A stretch of DNA of 64,000 bases from a bacterium (lineage in GTDB: Bacteria; UBA8248). The translations under genes were made by a program, and so were the position numbers. The notes beneath the pieces were generated by a model. That model saw only the letters and a list, made by a program, of their open reading frames with translations, was not told the DNA's origin and made no database searches. The stretch lies in assembly GCA_965199855.1 (NCBI GenBank), contig OZ241326.1, positions 448,001 to 512,000 on the forward strand, in the 5' to 3' direction. Shown here piece after piece: positions 37,715-47,502 of the stretch. How positions within the stretch are numbered: position 1 is the first letter of the stretch; each line of letters opens with the position of its first letter.

Positions 37715-38377
37715 TTGGCCCTCGACAGGGGCGACATCGCCCGGCGCGCGGCCATGGAGGTGCCGCGGGGGGGATACGTGAACCTGGGGCTGGGCATCCC
37801 CACCCTGGTGAGCAACTACATCCCCGAGGAATGGGGCGTCACCATCCATTCGGAGAACGGCGTGCTGGGCGTGGGCCCGTTTCCCTACGAGGGCGAGGAG
37901 GACCCCGACCTGCTGAACGCCAGCAAGGAGACCGTGACGCTTCTGCCGGGCGGCTCGTATTTCGACAGCGCCGAGTCGTTCGCCATGATCCGGGGCGGGC
38001 ACGTCGACGTCACCATCCTGGGGGCGATGGAGGCGGCCGCGAACGGCGACCTGGCGAACTGGGCGATTCCCGGCCGGATGATCTCCGGCATGGGAGGGGC
38101 GATGGATCTCGTCGTGGGCGCGCGGAAGGTCATCCTCGCCATGGAGCACGTCTCGAGGCGGGGCGACCCGAAAATCGTGGAGGCCTGCTCCCTGCCCCTG
38201 ACCGGCAGGGGCGTGGTGGACGTCATCATCACCGATCTGGCGCTCATCACCGTGGAGAGCGGGGGGCTGCTGCTTCGGGAGCTCGCCCCCGGCGTGAGCG
38301 AGCGCGAGGTGCGGGAGAAGACCGCGGCGCCCCTGCGGACGGCGCCGGACGCGCGCGAGATGTTCGCGGCCGCCTGA
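37715..38377 (+). CDS. 3-oxoacid CoA-transferase subunit B
   Basis: VNLGLGIP, SENG (catalytic Glu), MIRGGH, GMGGAMDL; TTG start. Confidence 0.93.
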   Translation: MALDRGDIARRAAMEVPRGGYVNLGLGIPTLVSNYIPEEWGVTIHSENGVLGVGPFPYEGEEDPDLLNASKETVTLLPGGSYFDSAESFAMIRGGHVDVTILGAMEAAANGDLANWAIPGRMISGMGGAMDLVVGARKVILAMEHVSRRGDPKIVEACSLPLTGRGVVDVIITDLALITVESGGLLLRELAPGVSEREVREKTAAPLRTAPDAREMFAAA

Positions 38378-38386
38378 GCCTCCCCG

Positions 38387-39304
38387 ATGGTCGACCTCGA
38401 AGAATTCACCCGGGCGCATTGGGGCCTCATGCGGCGGCACGCCTACCGGCTCACGGGCAACGCGCTGGACGCGGACGACGTGGCCCAGGACGCCATGCTG
38501 CGCGCCGTCGAAATGGGCCCGGCCCTCGAGCGCGTCGCGGATCATCCCGAGTGGCTCTGCCGGGCGTGCGCCGAGGCGGCGCTCTCCCGGCTGCGGGAGA
38601 GGGAGCCCCTGCGGCCCGATGAATTCGACCTGCCCGACCCGGCGCAGACCGCGGCCCCCGGCGCGAACGGCGAGGCCGCTCCTCTCGACGCGGAGGCCGG
38701 CTGGCCGGGCGTCGCGCTCGACTTCCTGTTTCCCCTGCAATACATGACGCCCGAGCAGCGCGCCGTCGCCGCGCTCAGGGACGGAATCGAGGACGGGGAC
38801 AGGGTGGCGGCCGCCGCGCTGGGGGTGAAGATGCAGGAGGTGTTCAAAATCGCCGAGGGCGCGGAGGCGAAGCGGACGCGGATCGAGAAGCGCTGGGGCG
38901 GAAAGGCCGCCCTCGCGCCCGCGGGAGATCGGGAGAGGGCGGAGCGGGTGTTCGGGCGCTTCGTCGAGGCGCTCGGAATGCGCGACAAGGCGCTGCTCCA
39001 GGGGCTGCTGGCGCCGGAGGCGGAGCTCGTCGTGCGCGGCGAGCGCAGAACGGGCGATGACTTCGTGGCGCTCGCCTGCGCGGAGCTGCTCGGCCAGATG
39101 GGCGAGAGGCTGACGTTCTCCCCCGTCTGGCTGAACGGCCGCCGCGGCGCGCTCATCTGGACGTGGCGCGCGAGGCGGGCCGAGTGGATGCGGTGCGGAG
39201 CCGTCGCCGTCCTCAACGACGAATCGGGCGTCAAGGCGATGAAGTGGCATCTGGACGGCCACCTTCTGCGCGCCATCCGCGCCGAGGCGCCCCGCCCCGC
39301 CTGA
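38387..39304 (+). CDS. ECF sigma factor with SnoaL-like C-terminal extension, divergent
   Basis: AYRLTG...DADDVAQD, WL.R region 2; LQYMTPEQRAV region 4; C-terminal ...LLAPEA...LNGRRG. Confidence 0.7.
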   Translation: MVDLEEFTRAHWGLMRRHAYRLTGNALDADDVAQDAMLRAVEMGPALERVADHPEWLCRACAEAALSRLREREPLRPDEFDLPDPAQTAAPGANGEAAPLDAEAGWPGVALDFLFPLQYMTPEQRAVAALRDGIEDGDRVAAAALGVKMQEVFKIAEGAEAKRTRIEKRWGGKAALAPAGDRERAERVFGRFVEALGMRDKALLQGLLAPEAELVVRGERRTGDDFVALACAELLGQMGERLTFSPVWLNGRRGALIWTWRARRAEWMRCGAVAVLNDESGVKAMKWHLDGHLLRAIRAEAPRPA

Positions 39305-39377
39305 AATTCCTCCCGGGAAGCGCGCGCGGGGCGCCGCTTTCGTCTTCTCCCCTCGCGCCCGTCCGGAAGGGGAGGCG

Positions 39378-41687
39378 TCACCCCCCGCTTTTCGCGGTCT
39401 TTCCCAGCGCTTCGAGAACGTGGTGCGGCCCCACCGGAATCTCGAAGAACCGCGCGCCCACCGCGTCGGCGATGGCGTTCATAATGGCCGCCGGCGCGGC
39501 GAGGATGGGGGGCTCGCCCACGCCCCTCATGCCGTAGGGCGTGTCGGCCGCCCCGTTCTCGATCATGACGGTCTTGAGTTCGGGCAGGTCCATGCTGGTG
39601 GGCAGCAGGTAGTCGTGGAGCGTCTCTCCGCGGACGCGGCCGTCCGCGCCGCGCGGCTGCTCCTCCATGAGCGCGAGACCCAGGCCCTGGAGCATCCCGC
39701 CTTCCATCTGGCCGACGATCGAGGCGGGGTTCATGGCGAAGCCCACGTCCTGGGCGCAGACCAGCCTCAGCACCCGCACCTCGCCCGAATCCGGGTTGAC
39801 GGCCACCTCCGCCGCCTGCGCCGTGTAGATGGGGCAAAGCGCGGGGGCGGGCGTCTCCCCCTGCCCCATCACGTAGCCGGAAACCCCCGGAGCCGCCCGC
39901 GCCGCCTCGCTCAGCGGCATGGAGCGCTCCGGCGCGGATTCGGCGAAGACGCGCCCCTCCTCGATTCGCAGATCGCGCGGGTCGGCTTCGAGCTTCTCGG
40001 CGGCGACGGCGCGGATTTTCTCCTTCAGGTCCTCCACCGCGGCGAGGACGGCCGCGCCCATCGAGCGGGTCGCCATGCTGCCCGCCGCGCGGACGGATTC
40101 GGGGGCGGTGTCGGTGTCGCCGCTCCCGAAGGAGACGCGCCCGACGTCGAGGCCCATCTCCTCGGCGGCGATCTGGCGCATGGAGGTGGCCGAGCCGGTG
40201 AGGTTCACGGAGCCGCTCTGGAGGTGGACGCTCCCGTCCGCGTTCAGCCGCGCCGTGCAGGAGGACGCTCCGCCGCTTCCGCGCCAGAAGGCGGCGGCGA
40301 GGCCGCGCCCGAGCCTCCAGCCCGCGCCCTCGAGGTTCTCGTCCGTCCTGACGGCCTCGCCCCAGCCGGCCTCTGCGGCGGCGCTTTCGAGAACCTCGCG
40401 CATCCCGTCGTCCTTCTGCACGCCGAACAGTCCCGCGCCGCCTTCGCGGATGGCGTTTTTCCGCCTGATTTCGAGGGGGTCGATGCCCAGTTCGCGGGCG
40501 ATGACATCGAGGTGGACCTCCGTCGCGAAATAGCACTGGGGCCCGCTCGGCCCCCGCACCGAGCCGCAGACGGGGCCGTTGGTATAGACGCTCGTCATCT
40601 TCACCGAGGCGGCGGGAATGGCGTAGCAGCTGGCGAACATCGGAATGCGCGAGCTCGCGTCGGTCGGCGCGTTGGGCGCGTATGCGCCGTGGTCCATGAC
40701 GACGTCCGCCTCGCGCGCGAGGATGAGGCCGTCCGCGCTCACGCCCGTCTTCAGGCGAATCCGCAGGGCCTGGCGGGGTCCGACGAAAAGATGATCGTCC
40801 TCGCGCGTCATTTCGTGGCGAACGGCGCGCCCGCTCCTGAGAGCGAGCAGCGCGACGACGTGCTCGATGAACGAGTGGAGCTTCCCTCCGAAGCCTCCGC
40901 CGACCTCCATGGGAACGACCCTGACTTTCGCGAGCGGGACTCCGAGCGCCGCCGCGACCTGCTCGCGTATGACGAAGGGTGCCTGGGTCGTCGTCCAGAT
41001 GGTGACTTTCCCGTCGGCGCCCGGCTCCGCCGCGCAGGCGTGCGGCTCGATGTAGCCCGAGTGCGCGTAGGGCGTGCGGAACACGTGCTCGAACACGCGA
41101 TCCGCCTTCCGCATGGCCGCCCGGGCGTCGCCGATGGAAGCCTCATAGCGGCCGATCACGTTGCCCTCTCCGCCGGGGCCCAGGCCGGCTTTCTCCCAGT
41201 CCTCGTGAACGAGCGGGCCCTCGCCCCCGCTCGCGGCCGCCAGGTCCGTCACCGGCTCGAGCGGCTCGTAGTCCACGCGGACGGCCTCCAGCGCGTCCCG
41301 GGCGGCGTCCATGGACTCGGCCGCGACGGCCGCCACGGGGTCTCCCACGCATCGGACGAAGCCGTCGCGGGCCAGCCAGCGCAGATCGCGTATCTCGTCG
41401 CCGAAGCGATGGGCCGGGCAGTCGCCGCCCAGCAGGACGACGCGCGTCCCCGGCGTCCTGCGCGCCGCGCTCGCGTCGATGGAGAGGACGCGGGCGCGCG
41501 GGTGGGGGCTTCGGAGAATGAGGCCGACCAGGGGCCGGACGAGGGGCGCGTCGGCGGCGAACCTGGCCGCGCCCGCCGCCTTGTCCGGCAGATCTTCTCT
41601 CGGGACGCTTTTTCCGACCACCCGGAACGCGCGCGGGGGACGCTCCGGGGCGGGCGGCGTCTCCGGCTGATGCGGCTCGTCTGGCAT
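39378..41687 (-). CDS. Xanthine dehydrogenase family molybdopterin-binding subunit
   Basis: VVGKSVPR, LRSPHP, HSGYIEPH, VGGGFGGK, GQMEGG..QGLG, GVGEPP; start trimmed to MPDEP. Confidence 0.93.
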   Translation of the reverse strand: MPDEPHQPETPPAPERPPRAFRVVGKSVPREDLPDKAAGAARFAADAPLVRPLVGLILRSPHPRARVLSIDASAARRTPGTRVVLLGGDCPAHRFGDEIRDLRWLARDGFVRCVGDPVAAVAAESMDAARDALEAVRVDYEPLEPVTDLAAASGGEGPLVHEDWEKAGLGPGGEGNVIGRYEASIGDARAAMRKADRVFEHVFRTPYAHSGYIEPHACAAEPGADGKVTIWTTTQAPFVIREQVAAALGVPLAKVRVVPMEVGGGFGGKLHSFIEHVVALLALRSGRAVRHEMTREDDHLFVGPRQALRIRLKTGVSADGLILAREADVVMDHGAYAPNAPTDASSRIPMFASCYAIPAASVKMTSVYTNGPVCGSVRGPSGPQCYFATEVHLDVIARELGIDPLEIRRKNAIREGGAGLFGVQKDDGMREVLESAAAEAGWGEAVRTDENLEGAGWRLGRGLAAAFWRGSGGASSCTARLNADGSVHLQSGSVNLTGSATSMRQIAAEEMGLDVGRVSFGSGDTDTAPESVRAAGSMATRSMGAAVLAAVEDLKEKIRAVAAEKLEADPRDLRIEEGRVFAESAPERSMPLSEAARAAPGVSGYVMGQGETPAPALCPIYTAQAAEVAVNPDSGEVRVLRLVCAQDVGFAMNPASIVGQMEGGMLQGLGLALMEEQPRGADGRVRGETLHDYLLPTSMDLPELKTVMIENGAADTPYGMRGVGEPPILAAPAAIMNAIADAVGARFFEIPVGPHHVLEALGKTAKSGG

Positions 41688-41900
41688 TGCGGCCTCTCCT
41701 CGCGCGGAATCGGAATGCTCGCAGGGAGGTCTCCAATATGCGCGTTCGCTTCGGCTTTCGCAATCGCCTCCGCCGGACGGGCGAGCGGGGCGCCGATTGC
41801 GCGGAGGGGCGGAAAATTCTAGTCTGCCGCGTCCCCCTCGCGCGGCGGCCGGCGCGCGGGGCCTCGTCCGCCGCGCGAAGCGGGAGAAAGGAGGGCGCTC

Positions 41901-42779
41901 ATGCCGAATCCCACGCCGCTCGGCGTTTTCGGCTTCCCGGCGGGACATATTCTCTCGCCCGTTCTTCACAACGCGGCGGCGGACGCCCTGGGACTGGACT
42001 ACCGCTACCTCGCCTGCGAGGTGCGCCCGGACGATCTGGAGCAGGCCGTGCGGGGCGCGCGAGCGATGGGGTTTCGCGGACTCACGATAACCATCCCGCA
42101 CAAGGTGGCCGTCTCCGCGCTGATGGACGAGCTCGGCGAGGACGCCCGGCTCATGGGCGCCGTGAACACGATAATTTTCGAGGCGGACGGCCGCCTCGTC
42201 GGTCACAACACGGACGGCGCAGGCTGGCTTCGCGCCTTCGAGGAGGCGGCGGGGAGCCGTCCCGAGGGGAAAAGATGCCTCGTTCTGGGCGCGGGGGGCG
42301 CGGCGCGCGCCGTCGCGGTCAAGATCGCCCAGTGCGGGGCGGCGCATCTGGAAATCAGGAACCGGACGCCCGGCAAGGCGCTCACGCTGGCGCGCTTCGT
42401 GGAGGAGAGCGTCCCGTCGGCCCGCGCGGGCGGCGGCGGCCTCGACGACCTCCCCGCGGCGGCTTCGGGCTGCGACGTCATCGTCAACGCGACGAGCCTG
42501 GGCATGTGGGGAGACCCCGCGCGGGCGGCGGCCAGCCCCATTCCGGAGGAGGCCATCCCCCGGGGATGCGTCTGCTCGGACGCGGTCTATACGCCCCTCG
42601 ACACGGAGTTTCTGAAGGCCGCCCGGCGGCGCGGCGCCCGAATCGTTCCCGGAACGGGCTGGCTGGTCCATCAGGCCGCTGACGCCTGGAGGATGTGGAC
42701 GGGCGTCGAGATGCCCGTGGACGCCGTGATGGGCGCCCTGCTCGACGCGCTGGAGGCCCGCCGCGCCGGCGAGGGCTAG
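41901..42779 (+). CDS. aroE: Shikimate dehydrogenase
   Basis: LSPVLHN, TIPHK, GAVNT, GHNTD, GAGGAARA, NRT, NATSLGM. Confidence 0.93.
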   Translation: MPNPTPLGVFGFPAGHILSPVLHNAAADALGLDYRYLACEVRPDDLEQAVRGARAMGFRGLTITIPHKVAVSALMDELGEDARLMGAVNTIIFEADGRLVGHNTDGAGWLRAFEEAAGSRPEGKRCLVLGAGGAARAVAVKIAQCGAAHLEIRNRTPGKALTLARFVEESVPSARAGGGGLDDLPAAASGCDVIVNATSLGMWGDPARAAASPIPEEAIPRGCVCSDAVYTPLDTEFLKAARRRGARIVPGTGWLVHQAADAWRMWTGVEMPVDAVMGALLDALEARRAGEG

Positions 42780-43048
42780 TCGCCCAGAATCTCCCGCCTT
42801 TTCACGCGCTCCTCGCACGGCGTCGCCGCGTCGTTGCCCAGCCAGAGATCCCACGCGCCGTGGTGGCCGACGTCCACGCCCTCTTCCTGCGCCTGCCGCT
42901 GGAGGGCGGTCTGCAGCTCGTCCATGAAGCCCGCGTCCATGAGCTCGAGATGATCCCCGATGTGGCGGTGCAGCACCCGATAGACCAGCTTCATGTCCTC
43001 CGCGGACGCCTCGAACGAGTAGGAATCCCCTTGCCGCGTGAAAGCCAT
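42776..43048 (-). CDS. Hypothetical protein
   Basis: 90-aa ORF with host-like codon usage, convergent with aroE. Confidence 0.7.
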   Translation of the reverse strand: MAFTRQGDSYSFEASAEDMKLVYRVLHRHIGDHLELMDAGFMDELQTALQRQAQEEGVDVGHHGAWDLWLGNDAATPCEERVKRREILGD

Positions 43049-43151
43049 CTTCTTTTCCCGTTCGGGTGAGGAATGCGGAAGCGCGAACTTCAGGCGGCCG
43101 CCATTCTAGCGGATTTCCGTCCGGGGCGGAACCGCCGCGGGGAAGGAGGGA

Positions 43152-43191
43152 GCCGGGGGGCCGGTGATGCGCATGGGGCCGGCCCCCCGGC
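43152..43191. terminator. GC-rich stem-loop downstream of mreB
   Basis: GCCGGGGGGCCGG...CCGGCCCCCCGGC inverted repeat. Confidence 0.45.
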
Positions 43192-43215
43192 CGGGGGGAT
43201 GGTGCTCGGGGAAAA

Positions 43216-44253
43216 TCAGTTGAGGCAGACCTGCTTGAAGTCCTTGAAGTGATCCAGCACGTGCCCGGTTCCGCGAACCACGGCGGTGAGCGGATCCTTC
43301 ACCCTGTAGATGGGAAGCCCCGTCTCCTCGTGGAGCCTCGCGCCGAGTCCCTTCAGGAGCGAGCCGCCGCCCGCCAGCACGATTCCGCGCCGGTGGATGT
43401 CCGAGGCGAGCTCGGGGCTCGTCCTGGAGAGCGCCTTGCCGATGGACTCGACGATGGCCTTCACGGGGCTGTCGAGCGCCTCGCGCGCGTGCCGGTCGCT
43501 CAGCGTGATGGTGCGGGGGATGCCGGTGGAGACGTCCGCGCCGGCCACCTCCGTTTCGAGGGGCTCCGCGAGCGCCGTCGCCGCGCCGACGGCGATTTTC
43601 ACGCGCTCGGCCTCGAAGGCGCCGATGGAGAGGGCGTGGCGCCTCTTGACGTAGCGCTGGATGCACTCGTCCATCGCGTCTCCCGCGATGCGGAGGGACT
43701 CCGCGTAGGAGACGGCGTATCGGGAGATGACGGCCACCTCGGTCGTTCCGCCCCCGATGTCCACGATCATGGAGCCGGAGATTTCATGGACGGGCAGCTT
43801 GCTGCCGATGGCCGCGGCCATGGGCTCCTCTATCAGGTGGACGCGGGCGGCGCCGCACTGGGTGGCGGAGTCGATCACCGCCTTCATCTCGACGCTGGTG
43901 ATCCCGGCGGGGACGCAGATCATCATCGTGGGCCGGCCGAAGGAGCCCTTGGGGACGATGGCGCGGACGAAGTGGCGTATCATGGCCTTCGTCACGTCGA
44001 AGTCGGCGATGACGCCGTCCTTCATGGGCCGAACCGTCTGAATCGACTCCGGCGTGCGGCCGTACATCTCCTTGGCCTGCCTGCCCACCGCGAGCACGGC
44101 GCCCCCGTTTCCGGAGTTCAGGGCGACGACGGAGGGCTCGTCGAGGACGATTCCGCCGCTTTTCGTATAGACGAGCGTGTTCGCGGTTCCCAGGTCCATC
44201 GCTATGTTGGTTCCCGTCATCGCCCTGATCTTCTGCAGGACATGCAGCTTCAT
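43216..44253 (-). CDS. mreB: Rod shape-determining protein MreB-like actin
   Basis: DLGTANTLVY, EPSVVA, PMKDGVIADF, EEPMAAAIG, VDIGGGTTEVA, LAGGGSLL. Confidence 0.95.
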   Translation of the reverse strand: MKLHVLQKIRAMTGTNIAMDLGTANTLVYTKSGGIVLDEPSVVALNSGNGGAVLAVGRQAKEMYGRTPESIQTVRPMKDGVIADFDVTKAMIRHFVRAIVPKGSFGRPTMMICVPAGITSVEMKAVIDSATQCGAARVHLIEEPMAAAIGSKLPVHEISGSMIVDIGGGTTEVAVISRYAVSYAESLRIAGDAMDECIQRYVKRRHALSIGAFEAERVKIAVGAATALAEPLETEVAGADVSTGIPRTITLSDRHAREALDSPVKAIVESIGKALSRTSPELASDIHRRGIVLAGGGSLLKGLGARLHEETGLPIYRVKDPLTAVVRGTGHVLDHFKDFKQVCLN

Positions 44254-45710
44254 TCCTCGCGCCCCCCCATGAGACAGAGTTGATTCGCCGCGCCCCCCTT
44301 CTGGGCGAAGGCCAGCGCCTCGAGAGACGCCCGGACGAGGCTTTTCGGGTTTTGCGCGTTCTCCGGAAAGCACGCGGCGCCTATGGAAATGGTGATCCCG
44401 ACTTCTTTTCCCCCGGGGCGGAAGGGCGCGCGGCCGATGATGTGGATGATGCGCTCGGCCGCCGCCTCGGCGTATTCCTGCGAGGAGTCCCTGAGCAGCA
44501 GGAAGAAGCGCGGCCCCTCGCGCCGCGCCAGAATGTCGCTTCCCTTGACGAACTGCCGGAGGGCGTCGAAGAGGTGGAGGATCACCTCCTCCTCCGGCGC
44601 GTCCTCGAGCCCGGGCGCCGCGCCCGCGTCGGGGGCGATGCTCAGGAGCGCGAGCTGGCGCCCCCTGTCCCCGGCGTCGCGGAGCATTTCGGGAAGGCGG
44701 GAATGGAGGTATTCGGCGTTTCGTCCGCCGGTGAGGGGGTCGATCTCCAGGCGCGCCCGCCAGCGGGCCTCGTTCCTGCGGTGGGCGAGGGCGTCGGCGG
44801 CGGCCGCCGCCACGATTTCCCCCGGCTTCACGGAGGAGGCGTCGAAGCGGGCGCGCTCCCGGCTCGTGAACCCCAGACAGCCGAGCAGCTCGCCTCCCGC
44901 GATCAGGGGCAGGCACAGGGCGGAGCGGGCGTCGAAGCGCGGCTCCTCCGCGTGGAAGAGGGGCCGGGCGCCCTTCCGCCCCCGGAGGGAGGGCAGCCGC
45001 AGGCTCTCCCTTTTGGAGAGCGCGTAGCCCGCCACGCTGCCCCGCTCGCTGATTTCGACCTCGCCCAGGAACAGCTCGCCGAAGCCCGAGGTTCTCGCGA
45101 GGCGGGGGGTGCCTGCTTCCTCGTCGGCGAGGACGAGGAAGCAGGCGTCGAAGGGAAGCAACTCGCGCGGCGCCTGGCAGATCGCGTTCAGCAGCTGCTC
45201 CTCGCTCTCGCTCGCGCGGAGCGCGGAGAGGTAGCCGCCGAAGGCGGAGACGCTCATGGAGCGGCGCTCCGCCCGCGCGGCCGCCAGGGCGCCGTCTGTG
45301 AGATACGCGAATTGCTGGGCGAACCCCGCGAGTATCTTCTGGTCCCTCGACGTGAAGCACCAGCTTTTCTTGCTGTCGATGGCGAGCGCCCCCTTGCTGC
45401 GCGAGGAGGGCAGGGGCGCCGCCATGAAGGATTTGATGTCCTCGCTCCTGCCGTAGTAGCCGAGGACGATGGTGTCCTTGTCGAACTGGTTGACGCTCAG
45501 GGGCTCGTTGTTCTCCAGCACCCAGCCCATGAAGCCCTGGCCGGCCTCGACCGAGGCGTCCGCCACGACGTGGGGGCTCAGGCTGTGGTAGGCGGTGAGC
45601 TGGAACCTCCCGAGCCGCTTGTTTTCAAGGAACAGGCAGGCGGAATACGCCTCGGTCACGTTGCTGACGAGCGTGATGAGGGAGAAGAGGTCCCTTTCCA
45701 GATTCGTCAT
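44250..45710 (-). CDS. Tandem GAF domains plus degenerate GGDEF-like domain
   Basis: Two GAF-like repeats; IDPLTG..N and ITISIGAACFP, but ARREGPRF replaces RxGGDEF; ATGA-coupled to mreB. Confidence 0.8.
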   Translation of the reverse strand: MTNLERDLFSLITLVSNVTEAYSACLFLENKRLGRFQLTAYHSLSPHVVADASVEAGQGFMGWVLENNEPLSVNQFDKDTIVLGYYGRSEDIKSFMAAPLPSSRSKGALAIDSKKSWCFTSRDQKILAGFAQQFAYLTDGALAAARAERRSMSVSAFGGYLSALRASESEEQLLNAICQAPRELLPFDACFLVLADEEAGTPRLARTSGFGELFLGEVEISERGSVAGYALSKRESLRLPSLRGRKGARPLFHAEEPRFDARSALCLPLIAGGELLGCLGFTSRERARFDASSVKPGEIVAAAAADALAHRRNEARWRARLEIDPLTGGRNAEYLHSRLPEMLRDAGDRGRQLALLSIAPDAGAAPGLEDAPEEEVILHLFDALRQFVKGSDILARREGPRFFLLLRDSSQEYAEAAAERIIHIIGRAPFRPGGKEVGITISIGAACFPENAQNPKSLVRASLEALAFAQKGGAANQLCLMGGREE

Positions 45711-45746
45711 TTCCACCACCCGACGGGACGGATTCGGAATGGAGCG

Positions 45747-45920
45747 AATATAGCAGGGCGCATTCGGCTGTTTCAAGTAATTTTTTCACTAATCCTCATA
45801 TCCTTTTGTATTTATTTGTTTTATTCATGTAAAAATTTTACGATTGACGCCGAAACCTCAAGCGCTTCGTGCGGTGATTATCGTAAAACATTGATATTAA
45901 ATGATTTATTTTATTTCGAA
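45747..45920 (-). promoter_or_regulatory. AT-rich promoter region with sigma70 boxes and IHF-consensus site
   Basis: Minus strand TTGAAA-N18-TATATT (45776-45747) with extended TG; TATCAATGTTTTA IHF consensus near 45884-45896. Confidence 0.55.
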
Positions 45921-46028
45921 TGAGGCTTCCGGCCGCGCGCGCCGCCGGAGGGAGGAGGGAACGCCATATCTTGGGTCGCGCTCGTCCGCGGACGCCAGAT
46001 GTTGCGCCCGTCGGAGGGGGACGCGCCG

Positions 46029-46382
46029 CTAGTGGTCGTAAGCCCTGGTCGCGCTCGCGGGAATCATGCAGACGAACTCCATCGCCTCGCCCGAGTCGTT
46101 GTGGAAGGCGTGGCGCTCGCCGGGGGCGACGAAGACGGCCGAGCCCGGCGCGATGGGGCGCGCCTCGCCCTCGACGACCACCCGCCCCTCGCCCCGGAGC
46201 ATGAACACCTGATGCTCCCAGGGGTGGGCGTGGTCGGGCGTCTGGCCGCCCGCCTCTATCTCGATGACGCGCATCGCCATGCCCGTCTCGCCGTCGCGCT
46301 CGCTCAGCAGCCAGCGGACGCCCGCGCCCCGCGCCGCCTTCTCGGTCTTGAGCTCCGCCTCCTTGTAGTTCATCACCTTCAT
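46029..46382 (-). CDS. Cupin domain protein
   Basis: TPDHAHPWEH and PGERHAF cupin_2 motifs. Confidence 0.88.
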   Translation of the reverse strand: MKVMNYKEAELKTEKAARGAGVRWLLSERDGETGMAMRVIEIEAGGQTPDHAHPWEHQVFMLRGEGRVVVEGEARPIAPGSAVFVAPGERHAFHNDSGEAMEFVCMIPASATRAYDH

Positions 46383-46467
46383 CGCTCCGCCTCCCTTGTC
46401 GTTCTCCCGGCCGCCCATCCTGAGCGCGGAAGCATACCACGCCGCCGGGGAGGGGGGGAAAGTGGAG

Positions 46468-47502
46468 TCAAGCCATACCCTCCGCATTCATCAGGATATG
46501 TTTTCCTATCTGCTCGGCAAGCCTGACGGGAACCGCGTTTCCTATCTGCATGGCGATGTGCGTGTTGGACCCGAAAAACTGGTATCCATCGGGAAAGGAC
46601 TGCAGAGCAGCGGCTTCGCGCAACGATATCGCCCTGTCCTGTGTCGGATGTCCGTATCGGCCGTTGGATATGCTGTGGCAACGACCCGTGAGGGCAGGTG
46701 CGGGACTGTCCCAGCGCATTCGTCCGTAAACGTCGGTGTGCCCTTCGTAGTTTCCCTTGTGACACGCCAATCTCAGGTGTTCCGGCCACGCCCTGCGGTC
46801 CCCACCATTATGCGGCGTCATCCTCAGTCGCTCCAGGTTCAATTCCGAGATGGACGCGGCGACATGGTTCGGCACCTCCAGATCGCGCTTCCCGGCCGCA
46901 ATCGCGGGAAAATGGGAAATGGCCTGTTTCACCGTCCTGAACGGAAGAAGTTGTTCGCCATATTTCGGCTCGGGCAACGAGGGTTGTCGGCGTCTCGTCG
47001 CCAGCAATATGAGGCGTCGTCTGTTCTGGGGCACCCCGTAGCATTTGGCGTCAAGAACGGCGAAAATATATCCGTAGTCGTTTTCGGTCAGCATCCTCCG
47101 AAACCGGCGAAAGGTACTGAAGCCGGGGACTCTCGCAAGGCCGGGAACATTTTCAATCAGCACGCATTCCGGCAAAACGGCTTCGACCAGACGTCCGAAT
47201 TGCCCCAGCAATGTCGCGTCATGCCGTCGCGCATTTTTTTTGCGTTGCGGACTGAACGGCTGACATGGGGCGCATCCGGCGAAGAGAATCTCATCAGATC
47301 GTTTGGTTCGACATTCAAGGCCCAGGTCCTTCGGTTCGAGCTCCCTTATGTCCGCTTTGACGAACCGAACACGAGGATTGTTGCGCTCGTATGTGGAACG
47401 GCAACGTCCGTCGCGGTCAACTCCGGCAATGACTTCAATGCCGGCGTCAAGCAAGCCGCGGGTCAGACCTCCGGCTCCGCAGAAGAAATCCCAGGCTTTC
47501 AT
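46468..47502 (-). CDS. C5 DNA cytosine methyltransferase
   Basis: FCGAGG, CAPCQPFS, IENVPG, GVPQNRRR, REAAALQSFP, QIGNAVP. Confidence 0.96.
   Translation of the reverse strand: MKAWDFFCGAGGLTRGLLDAGIEVIAGVDRDGRCRSTYERNNPRVRFVKADIRELEPKDLGLECRTKRSDEILFAGCAPCQPFSPQRKKNARRHDATLLGQFGRLVEAVLPECVLIENVPGLARVPGFSTFRRFRRMLTENDYGYIFAVLDAKCYGVPQNRRRLILLATRRRQPSLPEPKYGEQLLPFRTVKQAISHFPAIAAGKRDLEVPNHVAASISELNLERLRMTPHNGGDRRAWPEHLRLACHKGNYEGHTDVYGRMRWDSPAPALTGRCHSISNGRYGHPTQDRAISLREAAALQSFPDGYQFFGSNTHIAMQIGNAVPVRLAEQIGKHILMNAEGMA

Noticed and set aside
41688-42854. N-terminal extension of the 1158-aa Mo-enzyme ORF
   Set aside because: It is largely antisense to aroE; the family-like sequence begins at about 41687.
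44254-45360. Apparent 714-aa MreB fusion
   Set aside because: The extension is an alternative frame of the GAF/GGDEF gene; MreB starts at 44253 after an RBS-like sequence.
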